64,000 nt of DNA from an uncultured Acidobacteriota bacterium (GTDB taxonomy: Bacteria; Acidobacteriota; Vicinamibacteria; Vicinamibacterales; UBA2999): assembly GCA_963802675.1 (NCBI GenBank), contig CAWDJL010000001.1, positions 4,112 through 68,111 of the forward strand, read 5' to 3'. Shown piece after piece: positions 29,174 through 38,881 of this stretch (the stretch's first letter is position 1; each line of letters opens with the position of its first letter). Both the position numbers and the translations under genes were made by a program. The notes beneath the pieces were generated by a model, which was given only the letters and a program-made list of their open reading frames with translations, was not told the DNA's origin and did not search any database.

Positions 29174-30185
29174 TTGATTCACAGACTGTCAGTCTCCAGT
29201 GCAAAGGCGTATCGGGTCATTGGAACAGATGATGTTGATTCCCGGCACCAGTCAAGCGGGCGAAAGCATCGTGCGATCACGCCCGGACCATGGGCGGCGG
29301 TCGGACTGGTGCTCGTCGCGCAGGCCCTCGGCTCGGCGCAGGCGCCGTCAGCCGCGCCGGGGAGCGCGCCGGACGTCTATTCCAATACCGTCCGTTACGC
29401 GCGCGGCCAGAGCGTCCAGCCGGTCTTCGAGGGCTGGTCGCGCAATCCGGATGGATCGTTCGACATGTGGTTCGGCTACCTCAATCGCAACTACGAGGAG
29501 CGCCTCAACGTCCGCGTCGGGTCGGACAACGGCTTCAACGGCGAGGACATGGGGCAGCCGGAGTTTTTTGAGCCGCGGCGCCAGCAGTTCGCCTTCAAGA
29601 TCAACGTGCCCTCGACGTTCCCCAAGGATCGCGACCTCGTCTGGACCGTCAAGGCCAACGGCGTCACGCAGCGGGCCTACGGCTCGTTGTGGCCGGTGTG
29701 GGAGATCGATCAGCACACCATCTCGGCCAATCGCGGCAGCCGCACGGCCGTGGACTTCGACGAGCCGCCCAACGAAGCGCCGCGTGTAGTGGATGCGCCG
29801 CAGGGCGCAACCACTGAGGTCGGCAAGGCGCTGACCCTCGCGGTCTCCATCGCGGACGACGGCAATCCCAAGCCGCGCGCGGATCGCGGCGCACGGGTCG
29901 CGGGGATCAAGACGCCCGCCAACCGCACCCGACGAGCTACCGCTGAACCAGTCGCTCCGTGTGAGCTGGATTCAGTGGCGCGGGCCCGGCATCGCCGTTT
30001 TCGATCCCCGCGTCGTCCGCGTGGCGGAAGGGCGCGCCACCACCAACGTCACCTTCGACAAGCCGGGCGTGTACATCCTCCGCGGCTTTGCCGAGGACGC
30101 CAGCATCCACACGCCATTCGACGTCAGGGTCACGGTCGTTGCGCCCACGAATCAGAACGAGTACGCAAGCGCCCAGTTGAAGTGA
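29174..30185 (+). CDS. Secreted hypothetical protein with C-terminal Ig/PKD-like domain; +1 frameshift near 29921; start uncertain
   Basis: GQSVQPVFEGW..NPDGSF.MWFGYLNRN in the first frame; continues as VSWIQWRGPG...FDKPGVYILR in the next frame. Confidence 0.65.
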
Positions 30186-31480
30186 TGATTGCGCCGCTTT
30201 TGCACGTTAGCCGTCGTTTCCAGCCATCGATACTCGAATGACGTCGCCACTTCCGGGGTAGGCCGGAACGTGAGGCTGCTGTAGGCGGAGTTGTTCCGGG
30301 TCAACAGAACCGGATCTCTTGGTCGATCCGTCCCACCGCCAAAAACCACTTCCCACCGCTCGGCGGGCCTCAGGCGCGTCTCGAGGAAACCTCCCGCCGA
30401 TTCCGACACTTGGCTGAGCGCTCCACCAAAAGCATCCACGTTGTCGCCAAAGAACGCCTCACCGGCTACTCCCACGCGTTCGCCCTGGACGTGAAAGTCG
30501 ACGGCCGCGGCATAGCTCGTGACCGAGACGTCCAACGGTCGCTCGCGACTGTAGTGACCCGACAGACCAAGTGATGCACCGCGGTCGTTGTCGCCGCGCT
30601 GCCAGGCGACGCGGCCCTGGACACCAGGCAGGCGCGATCGCTCACCGGCGAGCGCCAGGGGGACAAACGTAAAAGCGGCCGTACGGTCGTCGCCGCCAAC
30701 GGGTGCCACGATGCCAACCGTCGCTCGAAGTTCGCCGCTGTCCGATCCGGCGAGTCGATGTTCATAGCGGGCCTGTGGCGTGCGGAGATAGAGATTGCCC
30801 GAGCGGAAGAGCAACGGAAACGACAGCGCGGCGACCGAGGTTGGATTTCGCGGCGCCAGCATCATTTCGTCCTGACCGACCTGCAGGGCCGTGCCTCCGC
30901 GCTCGAAACGAGCGAACGCATACACGAGACGCGGAAGACCCATCACCTGCCCGGTCTGGAACGACGGAATCCCTCCAAAAAAATCGAAGACGACCGCGCC
31001 ACTCCCTTGCCACGAGCCGAGGGCGAGACCCTCAGCCCGAACGCCTAAGCGCGTTTGTCGCATCGACGCGTTGTACGAGCCCGTTCGAGGCGGTGCCGCC
31101 GCGACGATGTTCGGGTTGTCGAGCCAGTTGGCTTCACCGCTGTTCGAGGCCACGGTCGAATGGATAGTCCCGAGAATCTTGAGCGGCATCCGCGAAGCCG
31201 ATTCGACCTTGGTCTGCGCGTGTTCCGCGACCTGACTCTGGAGGACTTCCACGGCGGTTGACAAAGGAACCGCCGGTTCGGCCTGTGGCGGGGCACCCTT
31301 CAGTTGATCGAGGTCGGCTCGAAGCTTTTGAAGCTCATTGCGCGCCTCGGTGAGCTCGGCTCGCAACGCTCGGATCTCTGCGACCACATCGGGTTGACTG
31401 GCTCCCGGCGATTGAGCGGCCGATACGGACGGTCCGGTTGCGAAAGCCACCAGAACGAGCACCAGAACAGTGGTTTGCAT
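30152..31480 (-). CDS. Outer-membrane porin-like beta-barrel with N-terminal coiled coil
   Basis: Signal peptide, coiled coil, RQTRLG, amphipathic strands, C-terminal YSF. Confidence 0.75.
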   Translation of the reverse strand: MQTTVLVLVLVAFATGPSVSAAQSPGASQPDVVAEIRALRAELTEARNELQKLRADLDQLKGAPPQAEPAVPLSTAVEVLQSQVAEHAQTKVESASRMPLKILGTIHSTVASNSGEANWLDNPNIVAAAPPRTGSYNASMRQTRLGVRAEGLALGSWQGSGAVVFDFFGGIPSFQTGQVMGLPRLVYAFARFERGGTALQVGQDEMMLAPRNPTSVAALSFPLLFRSGNLYLRTPQARYEHRLAGSDSGELRATVGIVAPVGGDDRTAAFTFVPLALAGERSRLPGVQGRVAWQRGDNDRGASLGLSGHYSRERPLDVSVTSYAAAVDFHVQGERVGVAGEAFFGDNVDAFGGALSQVSESAGGFLETRLRPAERWEVVFGGGTDRPRDPVLLTRNNSAYSSLTFRPTPEVATSFEYRWLETTANVQKRRNHHFNWALAYSF

Positions 31481-31796
31481 CCGGCCATGATACTGGCGCG
31501 TCAATCGTGGTCGTCGGAGTGTCATCCAGCAGGTTCGAGGCCTCGCCTGTGCGTTCCTGGCATGAACTGGTGTCACATGACGGCACAGTCTGTGAGCCGT
31601 TTCGGAACATTCGACCTAACTTGTTGAATTCAAAACAGTTTTGTTCGAGCGTCGCGGGGCCGTGCTCCGGGTTGGCACACTCTGATCGAATCGCCCGACC
31701 ACCTCGTTCTTCATAACTACTGATTCCATAGAACTTATCTCCTTGATGAGTTTGAGCACCTGCCTTGCAAGTGTCCGGGGCGATGGACTCACAAAA

Positions 31797-34268
31797 ATGA
31801 GTCAGGACCAGCGACGTTTGCAATTGGCGCGAGCCTATTCCGGAGCGGTCATTGGTGCCGGCGCCGGCGTGCTCGCGCTGCGACTGCCGCAGGTCCGCCT
31901 GGACGAACCGTTCTTGTTTCTGGTGTTGCTGGCGGGATCGTTCGTCATCTCCGGACTCAAGGTGCCCCTGCCGATCGCTCGCGGCAAGGCGACCCTCTCG
32001 ATGTCCTACTTCACCGATTTTCTGGCACTGGTACTTCTCGGTGCGGACCAGGGAATGATCATCGCCGGTGCCAGCGCCGCGGCGCAGTGCCTGCTCAACG
32101 CGCGCGGGCGGCCGTCAATAGTTCGGACGTTGTTCAGCGCCGCCACGCTGGTCATCACGATTCAAACCACGGGGTTGATCGTCAGCGCCCTCGGTGGCTT
32201 CCCGAACAATGCACCGCTGGTGTTGAGCCAGACGACGATCGCCGCGACCGTCCTCTTTTTTGCGCTGAACACCTGGCTGGTGGCTACCGCGGTGGCTCTC
32301 GACAAGAACGAGCCCGTGGCCCGCACCTGGTACGACCACTTTCTCTGGACCGCGCCCGCGTGCTTCATCGGCGCCGGGCTCGCGGTGTTGTTGTCGGCGA
32401 CCGCGGGAGCATTTGTGTGGGTGCCGGTGCTTGCCTTCGGACCGTTGTTCGTGACCTTCAAAGCGTACCGAATCTACCTCGGGCGGGTCGAGGAACAGCA
32501 GCGTCACGTCGAGGAACAGCAGCGTCACGTCAAAGAGATCTCCGATCTTCACTTCGCGAGCGTCGAAGCGCTCGCGCGGGCAATCGATGCCCGTGATCAG
32601 ACCATCGAGAACTCGCGGAGCGGCGAAAACCATGTTCGCCGGCTCCAGGCCTGGGCGACTGCGCTCGCCGAGGCCGCGGGAATGACGACGGTCGACATCG
32701 AAGCCGTCAAGGTTGCCGCGCTCCTCCATGACATTGGAAAGCTCGCGGTTCCCGAGCACATCCTGACCAAGCCAGGACGCCTCACCGCGAAAGAGTTCGC
32801 TCGCGTGCGCATCCACCCCGTCGTGGGCGCCGAGATCATCAAGGCGGTGCCCTTCCCTTATCCAGTCGCCCCCCTGATCCGCAGCCATCATGAGCGGTGG
32901 GACGGGACGGGGTATCCCGACGGCTTGCGTGGGGAGGAGACGCCGCTTGGGGCGCGAGTGCTGGCGGTCGTGGATTACTTCGACGCGCTCACATCCACGC
33001 GCCCTTATCACGGGCCGACCGATCGTGAGGAGGCCATCCTGACGCTTCAGTCCGAGGCTGGCCGCGCGCTGGATCCACTGCTCGTCGACTTGTTCATCGG
33101 CATCCTGCCCGGGCTCGACAAGCCGGAGAGCAGTGTGCCGTCAGCGGTCCGCTGCGCGGCAAAAGCCGGTCAGGCAGTCGCACCGAGCAATGGCTTGGCC
33201 GACGACCCGGCGCGCGCGACTTCGTCCTGGGTCTACCAGAACATTTCGCTGGCAACTCAGGAGATGCGGGCCCTCCACGACATCGCGCAGACGCTCGGCA
33301 CACGGCTCAGCGTCGACGATACGATGGCGCTCCTGACATCGAAGCTCAGTCGGCTCGTGCCGGGCTCCAGCTGGGTGCTGTTTCTCCATGAACGCGGCGA
33401 GGATGTCCTGCGCTGCCGTTTTGCGACTGGGTTGTCCGCTGAGGTCATCCCACGTTTCACGATTGCCAACGGCAAGGGGCCCAGTGGCTGGGCGGCGCGC
33501 AACCGCACGCCGGCTCTCAACGCGCACGCCGCGGCGGACTTCGCCGCCGCCGGGCTTTACGGCACGGGTCGCGCGTTCCAATCGGCTCTGTCGTATCCGC
33601 TGATTGACGGTGACGAGCTGATCGGCACGCTCACGGTGTATCACGTCGACGTCGAGCCCTTCCGTGACGAGCATCGACACGTCCTCGACCACATCTCACC
33701 GCAGGTGGCATCGGTGCTGCGAAACGCCGTCGCCTTCGAGCGGATGCGTGACGTGTCGTTCACCGATCCGCTGACGGAGCTTCCCAACTCGCGAGCGTTG
33801 GCCCAGTTCCTGCGGCAGAATGTCTTCGAGCCGAAGGGCAGCCGTGTGCCCACCGCTCTCATCATGGTTGACCTCGACGACTTCAAGGCGGTCAACGATG
33901 GACACGGTCACCAGAAAGGCGACGAGGCGTTGAAGGCGGTGGCGGAGACGATTCGTGCGCACGTCCGAGGCTCAGACTTTTCCGCTCGCTACGGAGGCGA
34001 CGAGTTTGTCGTGGTGCTCGCTGGTTGTGACCGGGTCGAAGCCGAGGAGCGAGCGCATTTCCTGCAGGACGCCGTCGCACGCGTCGTTCTCGAGACCACG
34101 AGCGGCGCTGTCCAGAGGCTCGGTATCAGCGTCGGGGTCAGCATGTTCCCTGATGACGGTGTCAGCATCGACAGCTTGATTACTGCCGCCGACCGGCGCA
34201 TGTACTTGAACAAGTCGGGACGGCGGGCGCTGGGCGAGCTGAGTGCGGTCTCGCGAGCGGCTTGCTAG
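31797..34268 (+). CDS. Membrane-anchored HD-GYP + GAF + GGDEF c-di-GMP enzyme
   Basis: Multi-TM N-terminus, LLHDIGK, HHERWDGTGYP, GAF, DPLTELPN, RYGGDEF. Confidence 0.92.
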   Translation: MSQDQRRLQLARAYSGAVIGAGAGVLALRLPQVRLDEPFLFLVLLAGSFVISGLKVPLPIARGKATLSMSYFTDFLALVLLGADQGMIIAGASAAAQCLLNARGRPSIVRTLFSAATLVITIQTTGLIVSALGGFPNNAPLVLSQTTIAATVLFFALNTWLVATAVALDKNEPVARTWYDHFLWTAPACFIGAGLAVLLSATAGAFVWVPVLAFGPLFVTFKAYRIYLGRVEEQQRHVEEQQRHVKEISDLHFASVEALARAIDARDQTIENSRSGENHVRRLQAWATALAEAAGMTTVDIEAVKVAALLHDIGKLAVPEHILTKPGRLTAKEFARVRIHPVVGAEIIKAVPFPYPVAPLIRSHHERWDGTGYPDGLRGEETPLGARVLAVVDYFDALTSTRPYHGPTDREEAILTLQSEAGRALDPLLVDLFIGILPGLDKPESSVPSAVRCAAKAGQAVAPSNGLADDPARATSSWVYQNISLATQEMRALHDIAQTLGTRLSVDDTMALLTSKLSRLVPGSSWVLFLHERGEDVLRCRFATGLSAEVIPRFTIANGKGPSGWAARNRTPALNAHAAADFAAAGLYGTGRAFQSALSYPLIDGDELIGTLTVYHVDVEPFRDEHRHVLDHISPQVASVLRNAVAFERMRDVSFTDPLTELPNSRALAQFLRQNVFEPKGSRVPTALIMVDLDDFKAVNDGHGHQKGDEALKAVAETIRAHVRGSDFSARYGGDEFVVVLAGCDRVEAEERAHFLQDAVARVVLETTSGAVQRLGISVGVSMFPDDGVSIDSLITAADRRMYLNKSGRRALGELSAVSRAAC

Positions 34269-34328
34269 TTTCGCAACGCTGTCGTCCGTTTCTCGTTCTC
34301 CGTGTCATCATCGTGAGCCCTGCGACTC

Positions 34329-35462
34329 ATGGTGAAGTCCCTGATTCTTCAGCAGCGACTCCGTAACCAACGGCTGCTCGGCAATCCCCTCAATACTCCG
34401 GAGGACGTCGTGTCGTGGCTTGGGGCGGTGCAGGCTCAGGATTATTCGGGCGTCAAGTGGGCGCTTGGGTTGCGCGGACGGTCGTTCAGTGACGAGGCCG
34501 TCGATCGTGCGTTCGACGAGGGCCGTATACTCCGGACGCACCTTCTGCGGCCGACCTGGCACTTTGTCGCGCCCGCCGATCTGCGTTCGTTCCTGGCAAT
34601 CTCTGGGCCGAGAGTCCAGGCTTTCAATGGGTACTACTATCGGAAGTTCGAGCTTGAGGCGCGGCATTTCGTGAAGAGCCACGCAGCAATCGAGAAGGCG
34701 CTGCAAGGTCGTCGATTTCTCACGCGGGCAGAGCTTTCTGTCGTGCTCGCCAAGGCGCGAATCGTCGCCCGTGGCACACGTTTGGCCGCCATCGTGATGC
34801 ACGCCGAGCTCGAAGGCCTGATCTGCAGCGGGCCTCGCCGTGGCAAACAGTTCACGTATGCGCTGATGGACGAACGAGTGCCGCGTCGCAAGGTCCTCCC
34901 ACCCGACGAAGCGCTCGCCGAGCTGACCCGGCGGTATTTCCGCAGTCATGGCCCAGCCACCATCAAGGACTTTGTCTGGTGGTCGGGGTTGACGGTTGCG
35001 CAGGCGAAAACGGGAATGGCCGCCATCCAGCCGGCGTTGAGACGTGTTGATGCTGGGGGCTTGTGCTATTGGGTGGTGCCAACAAGCGCGCCTGCGGGAC
35101 CCTCGAAGGCATCGACGACCTACCTGCTCCCGAACTACGACGAATTCTTGATTGCCTACAAGGATCGCGACGAGGTGCTCGCTCACCGTCGGGCTCGGGC
35201 GGATCAGCCACCACCACTGGAGAACTCGCCGCATCACGTCATAGTTGACGGCTTACTGGCCGGAAGCTGGCGTCGCGTGCCACGACCCTCGGCGGTCCAG
35301 ATCGACGTCAATCTGTTCGTTCGCAAGCCATCCGCGCGCCATCAGCGCGAGCTGGCCGCGGCCGGACGACGGCTCTCCACATTTCTCGATCGTCCGGTCA
35401 GGATGGCGACCTCAACTGGACGGCGGCCTCACGGAGAGCGGAGAATCGACGCGCATGGCTAG
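34329..35462 (+). CDS. AlkZ-like (HTH_42) DNA glycosylase family protein
   Basis: GAVQAQD (QxQ), RTHLLRPTWH, YFRSHGPAT..DF.WWSGL, LLPNYDEFL. Confidence 0.85.
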   Translation: MVKSLILQQRLRNQRLLGNPLNTPEDVVSWLGAVQAQDYSGVKWALGLRGRSFSDEAVDRAFDEGRILRTHLLRPTWHFVAPADLRSFLAISGPRVQAFNGYYYRKFELEARHFVKSHAAIEKALQGRRFLTRAELSVVLAKARIVARGTRLAAIVMHAELEGLICSGPRRGKQFTYALMDERVPRRKVLPPDEALAELTRRYFRSHGPATIKDFVWWSGLTVAQAKTGMAAIQPALRRVDAGGLCYWVVPTSAPAGPSKASTTYLLPNYDEFLIAYKDRDEVLAHRRARADQPPPLENSPHHVIVDGLLAGSWRRVPRPSAVQIDVNLFVRKPSARHQRELAAAGRRLSTFLDRPVRMATSTGRRPHGERRIDAHG

Positions 35463-36171
35463 CGTGACTCCCGTTGGTCTTCTCGTCTTCGGCCCTCATC
35501 CCGACGACATCGAGATCGGCATCGGTGGCATCGTCGCGCAGCATACGGCAGCGGGCCACCGAGTCGGCCTTTGCGACCTGACGCAAGGCGAGCTGTCGAG
35601 CAATGGCACACCGCAGCAGCGGCAGCAGGAGGCCGCCGCCGCCGCTCGCGTCCTTGGCGCGGCCTGGCGCGAAAATCTCGGGTGGCCGGATGGTGGCATT
35701 GCGGCATCACCGGAGATGATTCGCTCGGCCGTGGATCTGATTCGGCAGGCGCGACCGCGTGCCGTCGCGATCCCGTACTGGGAGGATCGGCATCCCGATC
35801 ATGGTTCTGCCAGCCGTGTGCTACGAGAAGCGATCTTCAAGAGTGGTCTCAGTCGCTATGAAACCGGTCGGGAGCCGTGGCGACCCGAGTGGACCTGCCA
35901 CTATTTCATCAATGACGGCGCCACGCCGTCGTTTGTGGTTGATGTCTCGGCGGTGTACCAGCGGAAGCGCAAAGCGCTCGATTGCTTTCGAAGCCAGTTC
36001 GCGACCACCGAGGAGAGTTCGGTAGCCACCCGCCTGACGGCCCCCTCGTTCCGGCAGCTGATTGAGAGCCGGGACGCACAGTTTGGTGCGCTGGCAGGCG
36101 TGGCGTTCGCGGAAGGGATCGTCGTACGCGAACCGCTCCTGCGCGCGAATCTCTTCAAAGACAGGCCATGA
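35455..36171 (+). CDS. bshB1: Bacillithiol biosynthesis deacetylase
   Basis: HPDDIE, DLTQGE, DRHPDH, AEG (PIG-L family); adjacent to bshA. Confidence 0.9.
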   Translation: MASVTPVGLLVFGPHPDDIEIGIGGIVAQHTAAGHRVGLCDLTQGELSSNGTPQQRQQEAAAAARVLGAAWRENLGWPDGGIAASPEMIRSAVDLIRQARPRAVAIPYWEDRHPDHGSASRVLREAIFKSGLSRYETGREPWRPEWTCHYFINDGATPSFVVDVSAVYQRKRKALDCFRSQFATTEESSVATRLTAPSFRQLIESRDAQFGALAGVAFAEGIVVREPLLRANLFKDRP

Positions 36172-37307
36172 AGATCGGAATGGTGTGCTATGCGTCGCTC
36201 GGTGGCAGCGGCGTGGTGGCGACCGAACTGGCGCGAGCGTTGGCTGGCCGGGGCCATGAGGTTCACCTCATCAGCAGCGAGCCGCCGTTCCGATGGAAGG
36301 CCGACGTTCCGCGATTGTCGTTCGAGCCAGTAGTCGTTCCGTCGTATCCCCTCTTTCGCGAACCGCAATACCTGCTGGCCCTGGCAAACACGATCGCGCG
36401 CGTCGCAGAGTCGAGGCGGCTGGACATCGTCCATGCCCATTACGCGGTGCCGCACGCGACGGCGGCCTATCTCGCCGATCAGATGCTGATGTCATCAGCG
36501 GGGACGGTCCCGCCCCGGACGATGACGACCCTCCACGGCACGGACATCACGTTGGTTGGCAGCGATCCATCCTACGCACGTGTCGTTGCCTTCTCGATTG
36601 AGCAATCACACGGAGTGACCGCCGTCTCCGAAAGTCTCAAGGCCGACAGCATCGCTGCGGTCGGCGTCCGTAAGCCGATTCGAGTCATTCCGAATTTTCT
36701 CGACTGCTCGGAATACCGCCGACGAGTCGATGAACGGCTGCGGGACGAGCTGTGTCCACCGGGTACGCAGGCCGTGATCGCGCACATGTCGAACTTCAGG
36801 CCGGTGAAACGACTCGATACCGTGCTCGACGTATTTCATCGGCTGCGTCAGAGGGGTGTTGCGGCGCGCCTGCTCCTCATCGGCGATGGTCCGGTGCGAC
36901 CTCAGATCGAGCAAATGGCATCAGCGTACTCGTTGGCCGACGACGTAATCTTTGCGGGAGAGCAGCAGGATCCGGTGCGCTGGCTTTCGGTCGCTGACCT
37001 GTTCCTGCTACCTTCCGCGCAAGAAAGCTTTGGACTCGCCGCGCTCGAAGCCATGGCGTGTGAAGTGCCGGTCATCGCCTCAAACGCAGGGGGGTTGCCC
37101 GAGATCGTCGAGCACGGCGTTACTGGATTCGTCTGCCCAATCGATGCGGCGGGCCAGATGGCCCAGCACGCGTACGATCTGATTGAGGATCAGAGTCGCC
37201 GCGCCGCGATGGGTCGCGCGGCCTCCGAGATGGTCCGTGCGCGCTACTGCGCCGAACGGATCGTTCCGCTCTACGAAAACGCCTACGAAGACGTGCTGCG
37301 CGGCTGA
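36168..37307 (+). CDS. bshA: N-acetyl-alpha-D-glucosaminyl L-malate synthase
   Basis: [47 protein letters not shown]. Confidence 0.93.
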   Translation: MKIGMVCYASLGGSGVVATELARALAGRGHEVHLISSEPPFRWKADVPRLSFEPVVVPSYPLFREPQYLLALANTIARVAESRRLDIVHAHYAVPHATAAYLADQMLMSSAGTVPPRTMTTLHGTDITLVGSDPSYARVVAFSIEQSHGVTAVSESLKADSIAAVGVRKPIRVIPNFLDCSEYRRRVDERLRDELCPPGTQAVIAHMSNFRPVKRLDTVLDVFHRLRQRGVAARLLLIGDGPVRPQIEQMASAYSLADDVIFAGEQQDPVRWLSVADLFLLPSAQESFGLAALEAMACEVPVIASNAGGLPEIVEHGVTGFVCPIDAAGQMAQHAYDLIEDQSRRAAMGRAASEMVRARYCAERIVPLYENAYEDVLRG

Positions 37308-38881
37308 CGTTTGGCTGTCCTGCGTTCCAGAAGAGCGCGAAGCGCGGGGTAGTCGACCTTGGCGTTGTGTCGGCGATCGACTGGTATCTCGGGTACGACC
37401 AGGACTTCCGCAAGGTGTGCCCAGGCGAGCTGTCGTTCGAGTCGAGCACTCACTGCAGGGATCTCATCACGCTCGAGTTGGGCTACGAGCACACGCGACC
37501 CCTCGTGTTGAACCAGCGCGCAGCGACGCACTGCTTCCACCGCCATCGCCGCGCATTCGACCGCGAATGGATAGATCACGCCATGCCCGTCGTGGAGCTT
37601 GGCCGATGCGCGGCCAAGCAGCCACAAGCGGCCGGCGCCATCCAGATACCCGGCATCTCCCGTTCGGTGCCACGTCCGATCGCCAACCTTGAACTTCGTT
37701 TCGCTGTCCCCCAGACCTCCGAGATAACCACTCAAGACGTGTTCACCGGCCACGACGATTTCACCAGCGGCGTTCGCGTGAAGCGAGTCGTGTTCGAAGG
37801 CCTCGCTAGTGTAGGGGCCGATGGGTCGGCCCCAGCGGTCGGCAAGGACTCGCAGACCGATCTCGGCAATGGGCTTGCCGACGAGCAGGCCGGCGCCGCC
37901 TTCCATTGCCCGAAGATCCTCCGGTTGGATTTCTTTCCAGGCAATCCGCGCGATTGGCTCTGCTTCCGTCGAGCCGTAGACCGCCACCACAGTTGCCTGG
38001 GGCGCGACTTGTTGCAGCCGACGAAGAAGTCGCGGAAAGACCGGTGCGCCTCCCGTGTAGATCTCCTCGAAAGTCTCGAGCACGTGTCCATGCCACGCCA
38101 CATGGGATGCGAGTCGATCGAGAAGGGCAGGCGATGCGGCAACCCGCGTCGGCTGGGTCAGGCGAATCTGACGAAGGAGCCGAGCGGGCGCGATGTCGCC
38201 CGGCGCCCGAAGATCGGCGTCAGGAATGATGCTTGTCACTGCCGATGCGAGGTTGGCGAGAACAAAAATCGGCAGCGCCGCGAGGTCGCGTTGCCCCGCT
38301 TTCAGGTGCAAATCGTTGGCAAGGACTCGATGTTGTGCGAGCAAAAAGCCGTGCGAGCGAACCGCCGCCTTGGGCTGGCCGGTGCTGCCGCTCGTAAACG
38401 TGATCAACGCCGGCGTGTCGTGGTTCGCCGGTTCAATGGCCGGGTCACCGTTCTCACTGTCGTCGATTCGGAGCGTACGGGCGCCGGGGAGCCATCGTCC
38501 AATGGAAAGACATGCGGGGATGCGTCGGATCGCTCGTGACGCAACCCGTAAAGCATGCGCCCGAGGCACGGCGAGAAACGCTTGGGGAGACACGAGATCG
38601 CAGCATCGTTCGAGCTGCGCCCGTCCGGTCGAGGGATCGAGGAAGACAGCCGTTGCACCGCAGCGCCAGATGCCCACGAGCACCGCATAGAGCGCGACCG
38701 ACATTGGACAGAACACCAGTACGCGATCTCCGGGCTGGATTCGAGCCGCGCGCAGTTGACGACCGATGCCGGCAGCCATTCGATCCAGGCCGAGAAACGT
38801 GACCACCCGGCTGCCCTCGATCAAAGCAGGACGGTCTGCGCTGTCGATCGCCCGTTCTCGCAAGACAGTGGCGATGTTCAT
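37283..38881 (-). CDS. AMP-binding enzyme (acyl-CoA ligase / OleC-like)
   Basis: FTSGSTGQPK, YGSTEAEP, HRTGD, LLGR, C-terminal HNAK. Confidence 0.9.
   Translation of the reverse strand: MNIATVLRERAIDSADRPALIEGSRVVTFLGLDRMAAGIGRQLRAARIQPGDRVLVFCPMSVALYAVLVGIWRCGATAVFLDPSTGRAQLERCCDLVSPQAFLAVPRAHALRVASRAIRRIPACLSIGRWLPGARTLRIDDSENGDPAIEPANHDTPALITFTSGSTGQPKAAVRSHGFLLAQHRVLANDLHLKAGQRDLAALPIFVLANLASAVTSIIPDADLRAPGDIAPARLLRQIRLTQPTRVAASPALLDRLASHVAWHGHVLETFEEIYTGGAPVFPRLLRRLQQVAPQATVVAVYGSTEAEPIARIAWKEIQPEDLRAMEGGAGLLVGKPIAEIGLRVLADRWGRPIGPYTSEAFEHDSLHANAAGEIVVAGEHVLSGYLGGLGDSETKFKVGDRTWHRTGDAGYLDGAGRLWLLGRASAKLHDGHGVIYPFAVECAAMAVEAVRRCALVQHEGSRVLVAQLERDEIPAVSARLERQLAWAHLAEVLVVPEIPVDRRHNAKVDYPALRALLERRTAKRQPRSTSS

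Noticed and set aside
24152-30185. Bona fide mobile element or genomic island
   Set aside because: No integrase, transposase, tRNA or terminal repeats found; kept only as a possible insertion
31560-31790. Riboswitch or sigma54 promoter in the porin / HD-GYP intergenic region
   Set aside because: TGGCAC at about 31673 lacks a properly spaced TTGC, and no aptamer is recognisable by eye
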